The notes beneath the pieces are model-generated. The model saw only the letters and a program-made list of their open reading frames with translations, was not told where the DNA came from and ran no database searches. Positions 1 to 10,609 of a stretch of DNA of 64,000 nucleotides are shown piece by piece; position 1 is the first letter of the stretch; each line of letters starts with the position of its first letter. Source of the DNA: Candidatus Eiseniibacteriota bacterium (GTDB lineage: Bacteria > Eisenbacteria > RBG-16-71-46 > CAIMUX01 > VGJL01); contig CAWBWI010000001.1 of the NCBI GenBank assembly GCA_963792585.1, forward strand, positions 1,888,001 to 1,952,000, written 5' to 3'. The translations under genes and the position numbers were made by a program.

Positions 1-118
1 CGAGACTGGTGTCACTCGCTTAGTGCCACTCGCTTGGCCGAACGGTCGAGGACTGGTGTGGTAGTCCGACGCGCTCTATGGTCCCGAGAACCTCGTCCGC
101 TTTGCCCTAGTCGCATCG

Positions 119-461
119 CCGTCAACCGGGAGAGCGCAGTTTCGTGAACCGTCCTTCCTGGGCATCGCTCATGCTGAGAGCGTCCACCACTGGTCGAGTA
201 GTGAATGTCCGGGAGAGAGTCTGGCCATGTCACGCGCCCGAATCAGAGGGTTCTCTCCGGTTACGCTCATACAGTTCGCAAACAGAGAATCGGCTCGTGT
301 AATTCACCCCTGCAACACGTTCGTGTTTCCGCACATGCGAAGAGCCCCGGCGGCATCAACCACCGAGGCTCCGTCAACGACTCTCGCCACGATAAGCTCG
401 TGGCTTGGATCAGTGGCTCCCCGCTCCTACCGCGAACCTGCAACCTTGTGATGAACGCTCC
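119..461. repeat. Dispersed non-coding repeat family R, copy 1
   Basis: Shares blocks GCAGTTTCGTGAA, CACCACT, GCAACAC-N6-GTTT and CACCGAGGCTCCGT with copies at 3349, 13089, 14828 and 57836; right end close to copy 5. Confidence 0.85.
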
Positions 462-498
462 GGGCACACCCGGGGCCAGGGACAGAGCGACGCGACAC

Positions 499-600
499 TG
501 TCGCGCTCGATACAGTTTCCTAGCAGAGAGTTCGCGTCGAGAATTCACCATCGCAACAGGCATGCGTTTCTATGGATAGAACGAACCCCGATGGCGAACG
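499..600. repeat. Repeat family R, partial tandem copy (central segment only)
   Basis: GTCGCGCTCGATACAGTT...CAGAGAGT...CGCAACAGGCATGCGTTTCTATGGATA...CCCCGATGGC aligns with ~3491-3588. Confidence 0.7.
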
Positions 601-672
601 CGCCAATCACCGCAGACGAGGCGGACCATCGGGCCCGCCTCGTCAGACTCACGCGCTCAGCGTCCTGCCGGA

Positions 673-1596
673 CTAGTCGTCGTGGTGCCCGTTGTCGTGA
701 TCATCGTCATGGCCGTCTTCGTGACCGTCGTCATGGCCGTGCCCATTCGTTGGCATGAACTCCAAGCCATGCGGGTTGCTCAGGGTGATGCCCGCGACTA
801 AGGTCTCCTCTCCCGTGAGCGGGTCCACACGCCAGAGCGGCGCATTCTCGATGATTTCGGTGACATAGAAGTTTCCATCATCGTCAATCGCCAGTCCCAT
901 CACGTTCGTCAGATGCTGAAAGGGGGTGACCAACTCGGCCTGGCCGGTCTGCAGGTTGATGCGGAAGAGCTTCCTAAACTTGGCCCCATACATCGTGCCG
1001 TCGGGATGCTGGGCCAGGTCCATGATGTTTCCGGCGGCGCCCGTGATGCCCACCTTCGTGGCCGCGCCGGTATGCAAATCGAACTGGTAGAGGCTGTTCT
1101 GGTCCGGTGTACCCGTGTCCGCATTCACTCCGTAGAGCTCGCCGTGGTGTGAAAAGCCGAGTCCCATGAATTGCTCCGGCGCCAAGTTGACCCCGAAAGG
1201 TGTGAGGTGACCCGTAGCACGGTTCACGCGGGACAGTTGCGGATCGGTAGTGGGGTCATCAAAGCCGTGCGTCACCGTGTAGATCTTGCCTTCAGGACTG
1301 ATAGCAAGGGCAAGGGTATTCCCGTGGTCCCCAAAGACTCCGATCGACGTCACAGTGCCGGCGTCGACATCGATTTTGATCAACTCTCCTGTGGGTCCGA
1401 ATCCGCTCGTCGAATACAGGATGGGTCCGGAGTGACCGTGGTGTTCGCGGAGTGCGGACGAAGTAGCGACATCGGTAGCAGAGTGGAGTCCGGGTCCTGT
1501 TGTGCTCTCGCGCTCGGTCGAGCAGCCACACACTGTGATCAGACAAGCGATCGTCAGGGCCGCGGCGACGCCCACAGGCCTCATGGTCTCTTTCAC
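673..1596 (-). CDS. Secreted/lipoprotein beta-propeller-like protein with His/Asp-rich C-terminal tail
   Basis: RBS GGAGG before GTG; signal peptide with Cys; repeated 'L(A/G)xxxxGxLY' blades; tail HGHDDGHEDGHDDDHDNGHHDD. Confidence 0.7.
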   Translation of the reverse strand: MKETMRPVGVAAALTIACLITVCGCSTERESTTGPGLHSATDVATSSALREHHGHSGPILYSTSGFGPTGELIKIDVDAGTVTSIGVFGDHGNTLALAISPEGKIYTVTHGFDDPTTDPQLSRVNRATGHLTPFGVNLAPEQFMGLGFSHHGELYGVNADTGTPDQNSLYQFDLHTGAATKVGITGAAGNIMDLAQHPDGTMYGAKFRKLFRINLQTGQAELVTPFQHLTNVMGLAIDDDGNFYVTEIIENAPLWRVDPLTGEETLVAGITLSNPHGLEFMPTNGHGHDDGHEDGHDDDHDNGHHDD

Positions 1597-2079
1597 ATCC
1601 TACCTCCGTGGTTTGGTTTTCGTTCAGCGGCATCGTCACACCCGGTTGTGTTGGCTAGTTTCAGGACCTCTCCACGATCTCCTTTCTATTGGGCTCGTCC
1701 CGGGGGGCTTCAAGATTCCCGAGCGTCGCCACTCCAGGCGAAGTTCCGGATCGGAATCTGCAAACACAAATGCGCCGCAAACCCGCCCCAAGTTCATGGC
1801 CTGCCAACATCGTTCCGTGTTCTAGATTGAATGCTTCGACTCCGCAGACGACAAGAGACTTAGAAGTTAGGTGACCGTCAGCAAAGTTTGGGAGGCTATC
1901 CGCTGCTTGCTCCTAGATCGCCGCGCAACTCGTAGCCACCGGATCACTGGAATCGTGAACGAGCCGCGCCAACCCACAGATTCTGTGGTGCCTGGACCTG
2001 GCCGTCGTCTCCTGGGCGACGGCCCGCAACCGCAGGCGTGCTCAACCCCGCCGTTGCTTCCCCCATTCCGCGACCACAC

Positions 2080-2988
2080 TCAAGCCGTGAAGATCTGACG
2101 GTACTCCGACGCCGTAACGCCAATGATGCGGCGGAATGACTGCCGGAAATGGCTCGCATGGGCAAAACCGGAGTCGCAAGCGATCTGGTCGATCGTTCGG
2201 TCTGTTTGTAGAAGTAGTTCGCAGGCCCGCCGCACTCGACGCATCGTGATGTACGTTCGCATCCGCTCCCCAACCTGCTGTGCGAACAGGTGTGTGAGGT
2301 ACTTCTCGTTCTTCCCCAAGGCGGTGGCAATCTGTACCAGAGTGAGCTCACTGTCAGCGTAATGCTCGTTCAGGTAGTCCAGAATCTGACTGATCAGGGT
2401 CTGGGCCTGAGGTGAATGGTCGTTGATCTGATCTTTGGCCACAGGTGCGTCAGCTCTGTGCAATGCCGGCCAACCTATTCGATTAGCCTGCTGCAGCCGT
2501 TCAACCGAGATCTGCAGATTGTGAACTTCTTCCCGTAGAACAACCACGTAGAGCTCCTGACACGGTCGAGCGATCAGCACCTCTAATAGATAGATGAGCG
2601 AGCGAAAGCGTTTCTTGGGGACTTCCGGACCGGAAACAAGCTTGGCTAGACCGAGTAGTTCGTCACCCAGGAGTATGGGCACGCTCGCGCAACGAAGCCC
2701 GAGTGGACAGATATGCACTCGGCAGGCCTGCATTCTCACTGCAAGCTCTAGGTGCTTTTGCCACTCCGCGTCGCAGGGCGACTTAGGTGAAGTTTCCCGC
2801 AGCAATTTCGCGCATAGGGGATGAACGGGGGGCGACGGCAGGCCGCGGGTTCGCGTATCCGGCGAAGCCGATCCAAGCGTCGTGACGGCGGTGAGACCTG
2901 TCAGTTGTTGAAGACTACGCGCGGCATCGCGGATCAGGCTTGGAAACCTCGCGAATGCGATCGTTCGTTCTACACTGGGGGCGCTCAT
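2080..2988 (-). CDS. AraC-family regulator with PocR-like sensory domain
   Basis: C-terminal AraC HTH (IACDSGFAHASHFRQSFRRIIGVTASEYR); N-terminal HICPLGLRCASVPI typical of PocR. Confidence 0.85.
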   Translation of the reverse strand: MSAPSVERTIAFARFPSLIRDAARSLQQLTGLTAVTTLGSASPDTRTRGLPSPPVHPLCAKLLRETSPKSPCDAEWQKHLELAVRMQACRVHICPLGLRCASVPILLGDELLGLAKLVSGPEVPKKRFRSLIYLLEVLIARPCQELYVVVLREEVHNLQISVERLQQANRIGWPALHRADAPVAKDQINDHSPQAQTLISQILDYLNEHYADSELTLVQIATALGKNEKYLTHLFAQQVGERMRTYITMRRVRRACELLLQTDRTIDQIACDSGFAHASHFRQSFRRIIGVTASEYRQIFTA

Positions 2989-3348
2989 GAGGTAGCTCCT
3001 CTGACAAGATGCCTCGGCAGATGACTCTGGCAAAACAGCGGGAGAAACCGCCGGCGGATTAACCAATCCGTGTTGACTGAAGCAGTTGTTCTCACGGGAG
3101 CCGTGGATCTATTGAATTCAGCCGATCTCGATCGTAGATCGAATACTCGAATCATGAAAGAACAGACACGGGACATTATTGGATTGAATACCTCGCGATC
3201 TTGGCGCGGACGGGTGCGGTGGTTAGTAGGATTCCACTTGACCCTGTCCGCCGTTCACACCTTTGCCCGCGGTGGGGGTAACGTGTGGCTCCATCCCCAG
3301 CGACTCGTGCCGTCCGGCACCCACGCTGGGCATGCCCCGATCCCACCA

Positions 3349-3684
3349 GCGTCAACCAGGAGAACGCAGTTTCGTGAAGCGTCCTCTCTGGTACCCCGGA
3401 GCGAACCGCGTCGTTCACCACTCGGTGTGCAGAGAGAGCACCGGAGAGAGTTTCGTCCTCTTGGTCACCAGAAACGGAGGGTTCTCTCCGGTCGCGCTCG
3501 ATATAGTTCGCAAACAGAGAGTCTGCACGACGGAGGCACACGCGCAACACGCACGCGTTTCTGCGGATATCGACGAGCCCCGATGGCATCGACCACCGAG
3601 GCTCCGTTCACCACTCTCTGCCGCTTGCGTTCGTGGCTTGGATCACTGGATCCCCGGAGAGGACGGTCTACGAACGGTTCTCTC
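3349..3684. repeat. Repeat family R, copy 2
   Basis: GAGAACGCAGTTTCGTGAAGCGTCCTCTCTGGTACCCCGGAGCGAACCGCGTCGTTCACCACTCG identical to copy 3; weaker similarity to copy 5 extends left to ~3255. Confidence 0.9.
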
Positions 3685-3699
3685 AATTTGAGTAGCCAA

Positions 3700-4011
3700 G
3701 GCCCTCTCCCCGGTGCAACCGGATGACGGTCTCGGGTTGAACCATGGTCAGCGACTCCCGCCAACCGACCCAGAACCGGGACAACAGCACCCAGAGGAGG
3801 CGATCTAGCCTCCCGAGGCGCGGTCTCTTGGCTGTTGGTTGAAGGACCGCAAGTTGGTGCCGGAGGGCAAGGTTCTCCATGGCAAGGGCACGCTGCGACT
3901 GAAGGACGGCAATCAGGGTGCGTATGATGGTGAGGAGCATGCCAGGGAGCCTATCGTCAGACTGAGGCTAACTGCAAGCCGCGCAACGCGGACGGAGTTT
4001 TCAGAAGCCAC
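3700..4011 (-). pseudogene. Truncated IS (5' end and N-terminus of integrase-core transposase)
   Basis: ENLALRHQL...VQPETVIRLHR paralogous to the 10.6-11.9 kb IS; end TGTGGCTTCTGAAAACTCCGTCC; truncated next to repeat R copy 2. Confidence 0.85.
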
Positions 4012-4051
4012 AAGAGGCGGTTGGCTGCGGGATCAAACGGAGAGTCCTCTC

Positions 4052-5722
4052 CTACTCCACCCGCTTTGCCGGCGGCGCGGCTTCCCCCTGGAAGAGCGTC
4101 AGCACCGAGGCGCGCCCGTCATCGCCTATCGCGAACTCGATCTGCGCGTCGACTACCTTGAAGAAGAACCTTGTCTCCGACTCGGCGAAGGCCTCGGCAC
4201 GTCCCTGTCCCGTCGCCTGCAAGAAGAGCTGCGCCCCCTCGCGTGTGATCGTGAACCGGAAGCCAGGCTCAAGCTCGTAAACGCCGAGCAGCCTGTCGAG
4301 CTTCTCCGCGGCGAGCGTAATCTCTTTGCGCCTGGCGGGGGCATCCGCAACGCGCTTCCCCGTCTGCGCGGGCTGCCCGCGTGTGATGAAAGCGGCCGAT
4401 TCGATCGCGCCCGATGGCGCTATCCTGAACTTGAGCCGAGAGAACGCCTTGTCGTAGACGAACTCGTCCTTCGCGACGGGAATGAGCGCGAACGGCGGCC
4501 CGCCCTCTTGCTGGGCGCTGAGATTCCCGTCCTCGAACCTCACCGTACGCTTCACGCCGTCGAAGGCGTAGATGCCGGTGACCTGCCTCATCGCATCGTC
4601 TGACAGCGCTACCGGAGTCACGCTCCAGCTCTGCCCCAGCGCCTCGAGCGCGAGTCGCATTGTGATGTATTTCAGGGTGTACAACATGTCGTTCCCCGAG
4701 CTGAGTGCGTTGTGTAGAACCCCGACGAACAGCTTCTTCTCGGGAACGAGCACGCCGTGGCTCCTGAAGCCAGTGATTCCGCCGCCATGCGCGACGAAGT
4801 GCACTCCGTCTTCATCGCTCACATACCAGCCGTACCCGTAGCCGGTCGGCATGCCGTCCTTCGTCCTGGACTCGGTCCACGCGCGAGCGACGAGCGCCTT
4901 GTCGATCACCTTGCCCGCGACGAGGAGCTCGTTCCACCTTGCGAGGTCGTCGACGTTCGTCTCGATCGAGCCCGCGGCGTAGGGATAGGTCATGTTCATG
5001 TAGCCGGCGTTCCGAAGGACATTGTCGGTGCCGATCGCGTAGCCCTTCACCCGCCCCACCACGATCTGGCTCTCATCTTCAACAAAGGTGTTCTTCAGGC
5101 CGAGAGGAGTGAAGAGCTTCGTCTGCATGTAGTCTGCGTACTTCATTCCGCTGACCTTCTCGATGATGATGCCCAGGAACAGGTAGCCGCTGTTGCTGTA
5201 CATCCAACTCTCGCCGGGCGCGAAGGCGGGCTTTTCGTTCCGAATGCCCTCGACCAGTTGCATTGGCGTCTTGTCTTCACGAGCGCCCACCAGAGCGCTC
5301 GGCACGTCGTTGTAGCTCCTGATCCCCGACGTGTGCGTGAGCAACTGCTCGACGGTGATCGCCTGAGCCCCCGGAAAGTCGGGCACGTACTTCGACAGCG
5401 GATCGTCGAGCTTCACCTTTCCTTCCTGCACCAGCTGGAGGATTGCGACGGCGGTGAACTGCTTGCCCATCGATCCGAGGCGGAAGACCATCTCAGGCCT
5501 CACCGACACCCCGAGCTCGAGGTCGGCCATGCCGTAGCCCTTCCGCAGCAGCGTTTCGCCATCCTGCACGACGATGACGGAGGCGCCGGGCCCGTCCTTC
5601 GCAAAAGCTTCGGCGGCGATCGCGTCGAGCCTCTCGGGAAGCGTAGCTGCGCTCGCCATGCTTGGCGGCGACAACGTGACGAGTACCAATAGAGCTGCGA
5701 CTGAAGCGCCGACTCGCGTCAT
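4052..5722 (-). CDS. Serine hydrolase, beta-lactamase/AmpC-like family, with C-terminal DUF3471-like domain
   Basis: Signal peptide; SMGK (SxxK), LLTHTSG, YSN and HGG motifs. Confidence 0.9.
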   Translation of the reverse strand: MTRVGASVAALLVLVTLSPPSMASAATLPERLDAIAAEAFAKDGPGASVIVVQDGETLLRKGYGMADLELGVSVRPEMVFRLGSMGKQFTAVAILQLVQEGKVKLDDPLSKYVPDFPGAQAITVEQLLTHTSGIRSYNDVPSALVGAREDKTPMQLVEGIRNEKPAFAPGESWMYSNSGYLFLGIIIEKVSGMKYADYMQTKLFTPLGLKNTFVEDESQIVVGRVKGYAIGTDNVLRNAGYMNMTYPYAAGSIETNVDDLARWNELLVAGKVIDKALVARAWTESRTKDGMPTGYGYGWYVSDEDGVHFVAHGGGITGFRSHGVLVPEKKLFVGVLHNALSSGNDMLYTLKYITMRLALEALGQSWSVTPVALSDDAMRQVTGIYAFDGVKRTVRFEDGNLSAQQEGGPPFALIPVAKDEFVYDKAFSRLKFRIAPSGAIESAAFITRGQPAQTGKRVADAPARRKEITLAAEKLDRLLGVYELEPGFRFTITREGAQLFLQATGQGRAEAFAESETRFFFKVVDAQIEFAIGDDGRASVLTLFQGEAAPPAKRVE

Positions 5723-5896
5723 GATTCCTCCAGACTGGCGAATACCGGTGGCCGAGGTGTGCGCTCTGGAGAGAGTTCGTCACCCTCCAGCCACAGACGC
5801 AGCGTGACAGGGTGGCCGGGCACGAGGAAGCGGCTTGCGATGAACGACGGCATTTCGCCGGCGAAACACGGCCTGGGCGGACGAACGGGGAGCTGC

Positions 5897-6688
5897 CTAC
5901 ATCTGGCGGAACAGGTGGAGATAGCTGCGGCTGACTGGCAGCACCTCCTTGCGGCCCTTCAGGTGAATGTCGGCCGTTTCGTTGTCACCGCGTGATATAT
6001 GGCTGATGGCCCGCAGATTGACTACGACCGATCGATGCACCTGCGCGAACTGCGCGGGATCGAGCTGGGCAAGCAATTCCTTCAGCGCGATGCGGACGAG
6101 CGCTTCGCCTGGCCGACCGGCATCGTCGCGCCAGGCGACGCGCGTGTACTTCGTGTCGGCCCGCAGGTAGTCGACATTCGCGACCGGAATCAGACGCAGG
6201 GTCTGTCCGTCCTGCGCTCGGATCCAGCGCAGCCGTCCCGGAGCCGCGCCGCTCTGCAGCTGCGCGATCTGCGCAGAGAGCTGTTGCAGCAGCGCCTCCG
6301 TGTTCAGTGCCGGCTGTGCTGCCTGCAGGCGCTCTTTGAGGCGCGCTACGGTTTCGATTAGACGCGCCTGCTCCACCGGCTTCACTACGTAATCCAGTGC
6401 GCCCTGCGCGAAGGCCTGCACGGCGTAGTGATCGTAGGCGGTGACGAACACCAGATGCGCGCGGCGACCGATCTGGTGCGCCGCCTCGATGCCAGACAGA
6501 CCCGGCATGTGGACGTCGAGAAAGCAGACGTCGGGTCGCAGGACCTCGAATTGCTCGATCGCCTCGCGCCCGTTGCGCGCATGCGCGACCACGTCCAGCT
6601 CGGGCCAGACCAGCAACAGCTGGCGCGCCAAGGCGTCGCGCAGCAGCGGCTCGTCGTCGGCGATGAGCGCGGTTGGGCGTGGGCTCAT
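5897..6688 (-). CDS. LytTR-family response regulator
   Basis: Receiver motifs IADDE, FLDVHMP, FVTAY, KP; LytTR motif FAQVHRSVVVN. Confidence 0.95.
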   Translation of the reverse strand: MSPRPTALIADDEPLLRDALARQLLLVWPELDVVAHARNGREAIEQFEVLRPDVCFLDVHMPGLSGIEAAHQIGRRAHLVFVTAYDHYAVQAFAQGALDYVVKPVEQARLIETVARLKERLQAAQPALNTEALLQQLSAQIAQLQSGAAPGRLRWIRAQDGQTLRLIPVANVDYLRADTKYTRVAWRDDAGRPGEALVRIALKELLAQLDPAQFAQVHRSVVVNLRAISHISRGDNETADIHLKGRKEVLPVSRSYLHLFRQM

Positions 6689-7704
6689 CCTGTCGCCTCC
6701 CCACATGCCGGGAGATCGACCTCCGCGCAGACGCCACGCGGCCGCTGGCTGGTTACGCGAAGCTGCGCGTCGCCCCCGAAGGTCAGCTGAAGCCGCTCGC
6801 GCAACGTCGAGAGCCCGGTACCGGACCCGTCGCTCGTTTGTAGCAGGCCTGCGCCGGTATCGCTGACGCGCACCACGCAGCGGTCGTCGCGCCGTTGCAC
6901 GTGAATGTCGATCCGGCCACCTTCCTCGCTGGGGTCGATGCCGTGACGCACTGCGTTCTCAACCAGCGTCAGCAGCGTCATCGGCGGACAGCATAGCGTC
7001 AACGATGCCGCCTCATCCACATGCAGCGAGAACTGCAGGCGATCGGGCATGCGCATGTGCATCAGCTCGAGGTACGCCCGGACAAGCTGCAGCTCCTGAC
7101 CGAGCGTGGTGGCCGGCTCGTGCAGGCGCGGCACGGCCGCACGCAGGTAAGCGGTCATGCTCCGCAGCACGGCGGGGGCCTGCGGCGAGCCTGCGTCGAT
7201 CAGGGCCTGCACGTTGGCCAGCGTGTTGAACAGGAAGTGCGGTGCCACCTGCCCCTGCAATAGGCGAAGACGAGCGTCGAGTGCCTGGCGCTCGAGTTCG
7301 CTTCGTTCCAGGGCGAATGCCAGCGCCTGATGGCGAGCGAGCGCATCCTTCTGTCGAACCAGGACCGCCAGGGCGACCCAGGGTGCTACCAGCAGCCCAA
7401 GGTCCTGAAGCTCTCCAAGCGACGGCACTCCGGTGCCATCAGAAAGTGCGCTGAGAACGAGGGTACCTAACGGCATGGCCAGCGCCACACCCATCACCTG
7501 TAAAGCCCAGCGTGCGAACCAGGTAGGCAGCTGCTTCGGCCACTGCTCGAATAGACCGAAAAGCAGCATCGCGATGAGCCCGAGGAGCACCGGTTCGATG
7601 ATCACGGGGAATCCCAAGTGGAAGCTGATCAGCAGGCCTACGACAACCGAACAGGCCAACGTGAACAGCACGCGCCGCCAGCCCAGCATCGAGGGGATAG
7701 GCAT
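6685..7704 (-). CDS. LytS-type sensor histidine kinase
   Basis: TM helices; QVAPHFLFNTL, LVENAVRHG, DTGAG, GTGL; 4-bp overlap with the regulator. Confidence 0.93.
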   Translation of the reverse strand: MPIPSMLGWRRVLFTLACSVVVGLLISFHLGFPVIIEPVLLGLIAMLLFGLFEQWPKQLPTWFARWALQVMGVALAMPLGTLVLSALSDGTGVPSLGELQDLGLLVAPWVALAVLVRQKDALARHQALAFALERSELERQALDARLRLLQGQVAPHFLFNTLANVQALIDAGSPQAPAVLRSMTAYLRAAVPRLHEPATTLGQELQLVRAYLELMHMRMPDRLQFSLHVDEAASLTLCCPPMTLLTLVENAVRHGIDPSEEGGRIDIHVQRRDDRCVVRVSDTGAGLLQTSDGSGTGLSTLRERLQLTFGGDAQLRVTSQRPRGVCAEVDLPACGEATG

Positions 7705-7862
7705 TTCGAAGCACCTTTTCCCAGTTGTGGTTCCTACAAACTCCATCTGGCCGAAAAGCGGTCGACGCACCACTAATCCTCTGCCTTCATCTCGCGCACT
7801 TGATGATAGTCGAGGGGCTCTTGGCCGTGCCAGAGCGCTCTTCGTAGCTTCGATGGCCCGCC

Positions 7863-8010
7863 TCACCTCGCAATCATCGCCCTCCCCATCGCGCTTCCTT
7901 GCCCCGTCACGACCCGCGCGAAGTACACCCCCGTGGGCAGGTCCCGGCCGTTGTCATCCCGGCCGTCCCAGGACGTCGGGAACGCACCTGCTGCGCGATG
8001 GCCCTCTGAG
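7863..8010 (-). pseudogene. Orphan 3' fragment of a FlgD-Ig C-terminal domain
   Basis: Encodes SWDGRDDNGRDLPTGVYFARVVTGQGSAMGRAMIAR*; nucleotide paralogue of ~24642-24790. Confidence 0.8.
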
Positions 8011-8055
8011 AGAGCGCATACACCTGCGGTTCGCGTGGCCTCTCACTCGAATCCC

Positions 8056-10362
8056 TCACGGCACGACGATAATCCTCTTTGCTGCCGCGCGGTCGTTGAA
8101 GCGCAAGACCGCGTAGTAGACGCCGGCGGGTAATCGCCCGCTCCTGTCCCCGCGCCGCGAGTCGAATGTCACATCGTGCACGCCCTCGTCCATAATGGCG
8201 TCCACAAGACGTAGCACCCGACGACCTCCCACATCCATCAGATCCAGCGAAACACGTCCCCTTTGGGGAATCTCTAAGGTGATCCTCGCCGGGCCGCTAA
8301 CCGGGTTGGGATGAACGCCTCGCACAGCCAGCACCCACCGCAGGTGCCCCACATGGACGCGCAACATGCGAACCACTTCCGGAGCCGACCCGTCAGCGAT
8401 CATCTCCAGCCTGTACTCGTAGTCGTGGTTCGATTGAACGGCGGTGTCGACGATCTCGTAGGTCCCGTCCTGCGAGACCAGCGGCGCGCTCGTCAGCAGC
8501 TCACCGGCAGGTTGGTCCGCGGTCCCTTCCTCCGCTGATCGATAGACGTTGAAGCGGACGTTCCGCACGTCCAGCGGCATACTCCATCGAAGCCGTACGT
8601 CATGGTCCCGGACTTCGGCAGATGCATCCTCGATCCGGATTGGGGTCGGTTCGCCATCCCTCTTGATTGCCAGGTGCACGTCATGACCGGTCGCGAGCGC
8701 TACGAAATCCTGGTTCGGATGCGGTAGCGGCTGACCGAACCAGCCGCTCCCCCAAATGGCGAGCGTTCCGTCGGACCTGAGTCCGACGCTCTGCTCGTCC
8801 CCCGCCGCGATGGCAATGAACGGCCCCGGAGGAGCATCGCATTGGCCATACTCATTGGCTCCCCAACCCACCACGGAACCGTCGGACTCGAGTCCCAGGC
8901 TGTGCCGATAGCCCGCCGATATGGCGACGAAGCCTGTATTGGGCGCCGGCACGTCGCACTGGCCGTCATCGTCGATTCCCCAGGCGACGACCGTCCCGTT
9001 GGACTTCAGGCCAAGCGCGTGCATCGCGCCCCCAGAGACCGCTGTGAAGTCGGCGTTGGGCTCGGGGACGTCCAGGAGGCCATATTCGCCCCAACCCCAG
9101 ACGATGATCCTCCCGTCGGACTTCAGACCCAGGCTGTTGCACCCGCTCGCTGACACTGCCACGAAGTCGGAATTGGGCTCAGGGACATTGCACTGGCCAC
9201 AGGCGTTCTCCCCCCACGCCACGATCCTGCCGTCCGATTTCAGGCCGAGGCTTTGACCGCCTGTGTTCGCGGCGACAGCGACGAAGTCCGCGTTCGGCTC
9301 TGGGATGTCCAACTCGCCTTCTCCGTTGTACCCCCACGCCAGGATCGTCCCATCCGTCTTCAGCGCCAACGTGTGCCATTCACCTTTCGACACGGCGGCG
9401 CAGTCGGAATTGACCGGGGGAACATTGCGCTCGAATCGGCCGTTGGTTCCACCCCAGAGCACCATGGTTCCATCCGTCCTCATGCCGACGCTGAATCCGG
9501 CCCCCGCACTGATCGACAAGAAATCCCGATTGTCTGGTGGGTCCTCGTATCTCCAACCCCATACCTCGACCCTCCCATCCGACTTGAGTCCGAGGCTGTG
9601 ATAGGCCCCACAGGCAATTGCGACAAAGCCCGTGTTCGGCTCGGGGACATCGCACTCACCGTCGCCGTTACGGCCCCATGCGACAACCGAACCATCCGAT
9701 TTCAGGCCCATGCTGTGAAACATTCCCGCCGCAACGGCCACGAACCCTGTATTGGGGGACGGTACTTCACACTCATGCTCGAAGTTTTGCCCCCAGGCCA
9801 CGATGTTGCCGGTCGACTTCAGTCCAAGGACGTGGAAGCCTCCTGCCGCCACGGCAACGAAATCCTCGTTGGGCAAGGGGACATTGCACTGCCCGTAGTA
9901 ATTCGCGCCCCAGGCGACGATTCTGCCGTCCCGCTTCAAGCCCAGGCTGTAGCCCCATCCTCCTTCGAGCGCAGCGAAGTCCGTGTTGGGGAACGGAACA
10001 TTGCAGTCGGTGTATCCCCAGCAAACGATGCTCCCGTCGGGCTTCAAGGCGAGGCTGTGTGTCACCCCTGCGGACACGGCCACAGGAGCCGGGCTAATCT
10101 CCGGAGGAATGCATTGACCGAGCTCGTTATGGCCCCAGGCTACGACCCTTCCGTTTCTGATCGCCAGAACATGACTGTCACCAGCATCTACGGCCGATAG
10201 TCCTTCGAGTTGATCCTGTTCGACAGTGATGTTCTCGCCCCAGGCGATCAACGGCCGTTCGTATTGCGCTCGCGCAGTTCCCGCGATCCCCGATATGGCA
10301 ACGAGGCAAAGGGCCGCACAGATAGCGATGGACGTGACGCGTCTGGGCGAGCCGACTCTCAT
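8056..10362 (-). CDS. Secreted RCC1-repeat protein with C-terminal FlgD-Ig/T9SS-CTD-like domain
   Basis: Signal peptide; many HSLGLKSDGxxVAWG repeats; C-terminal PNP...LPAGVYY. Confidence 0.9.
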   Translation of the reverse strand: MRVGSPRRVTSIAICAALCLVAISGIAGTARAQYERPLIAWGENITVEQDQLEGLSAVDAGDSHVLAIRNGRVVAWGHNELGQCIPPEISPAPVAVSAGVTHSLALKPDGSIVCWGYTDCNVPFPNTDFAALEGGWGYSLGLKRDGRIVAWGANYYGQCNVPLPNEDFVAVAAGGFHVLGLKSTGNIVAWGQNFEHECEVPSPNTGFVAVAAGMFHSMGLKSDGSVVAWGRNGDGECDVPEPNTGFVAIACGAYHSLGLKSDGRVEVWGWRYEDPPDNRDFLSISAGAGFSVGMRTDGTMVLWGGTNGRFERNVPPVNSDCAAVSKGEWHTLALKTDGTILAWGYNGEGELDIPEPNADFVAVAANTGGQSLGLKSDGRIVAWGENACGQCNVPEPNSDFVAVSASGCNSLGLKSDGRIIVWGWGEYGLLDVPEPNADFTAVSGGAMHALGLKSNGTVVAWGIDDDGQCDVPAPNTGFVAISAGYRHSLGLESDGSVVGWGANEYGQCDAPPGPFIAIAAGDEQSVGLRSDGTLAIWGSGWFGQPLPHPNQDFVALATGHDVHLAIKRDGEPTPIRIEDASAEVRDHDVRLRWSMPLDVRNVRFNVYRSAEEGTADQPAGELLTSAPLVSQDGTYEIVDTAVQSNHDYEYRLEMIADGSAPEVVRMLRVHVGHLRWVLAVRGVHPNPVSGPARITLEIPQRGRVSLDLMDVGGRRVLRLVDAIMDEGVHDVTFDSRRGDRSGRLPAGVYYAVLRFNDRAAAKRIIVVP

Positions 10363-10484
10363 GGGTTCCTCCCCTGCTTCGCAAGTACCCGGTCCACGGC
10401 CGCACGGATCTCGCGCGCCTGATGATAACCGAGGGAAGGCAGGGGTGCCATTGGCAACTTCAGCCGCTCCGAGTGGCCGCCGTC

Positions 10485-10609
10485 TCATCTCTCCAGCACT
10501 ACCCGCCCGGTCGTCGTGCCTTGCCCCGTCGTCACGTGCGTGAAGTACACGCCCGCTGGAAGCTCGCGGTATGAGTCGTCCTTGCCATCCCACTTCAGCG
10601 AGTAGTCCT
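10485..10609 (-). pseudogene. Detached FlgD-Ig C-terminal fragment, probably the 3' end of the IS-disrupted LVIVD gene
   Basis: DYSLKWDGKDDSYRELPAGVYFTHVTTGQGTTTGRVVLER*; paralogue of ~26387-26510; abuts the IS end. Confidence 0.75.

Noticed and set aside
119..461. Group II intron remnant
   Set aside because: No convincing domain V/VI or GUGYG 5' end, and no maturase
3070..3726. ORFs over repeat R copies (also 12868-13539 and 57644-58123) as a protein family
   Set aside because: Frames and stops are not conserved between copies; similarity is at the nucleotide level
7863..10609. Diversity-generating retroelement template/variable repeat pair
   Set aside because: No reverse transcriptase in the window, and the mismatches to the paralogous C-terminal domains do not look adenine-specific
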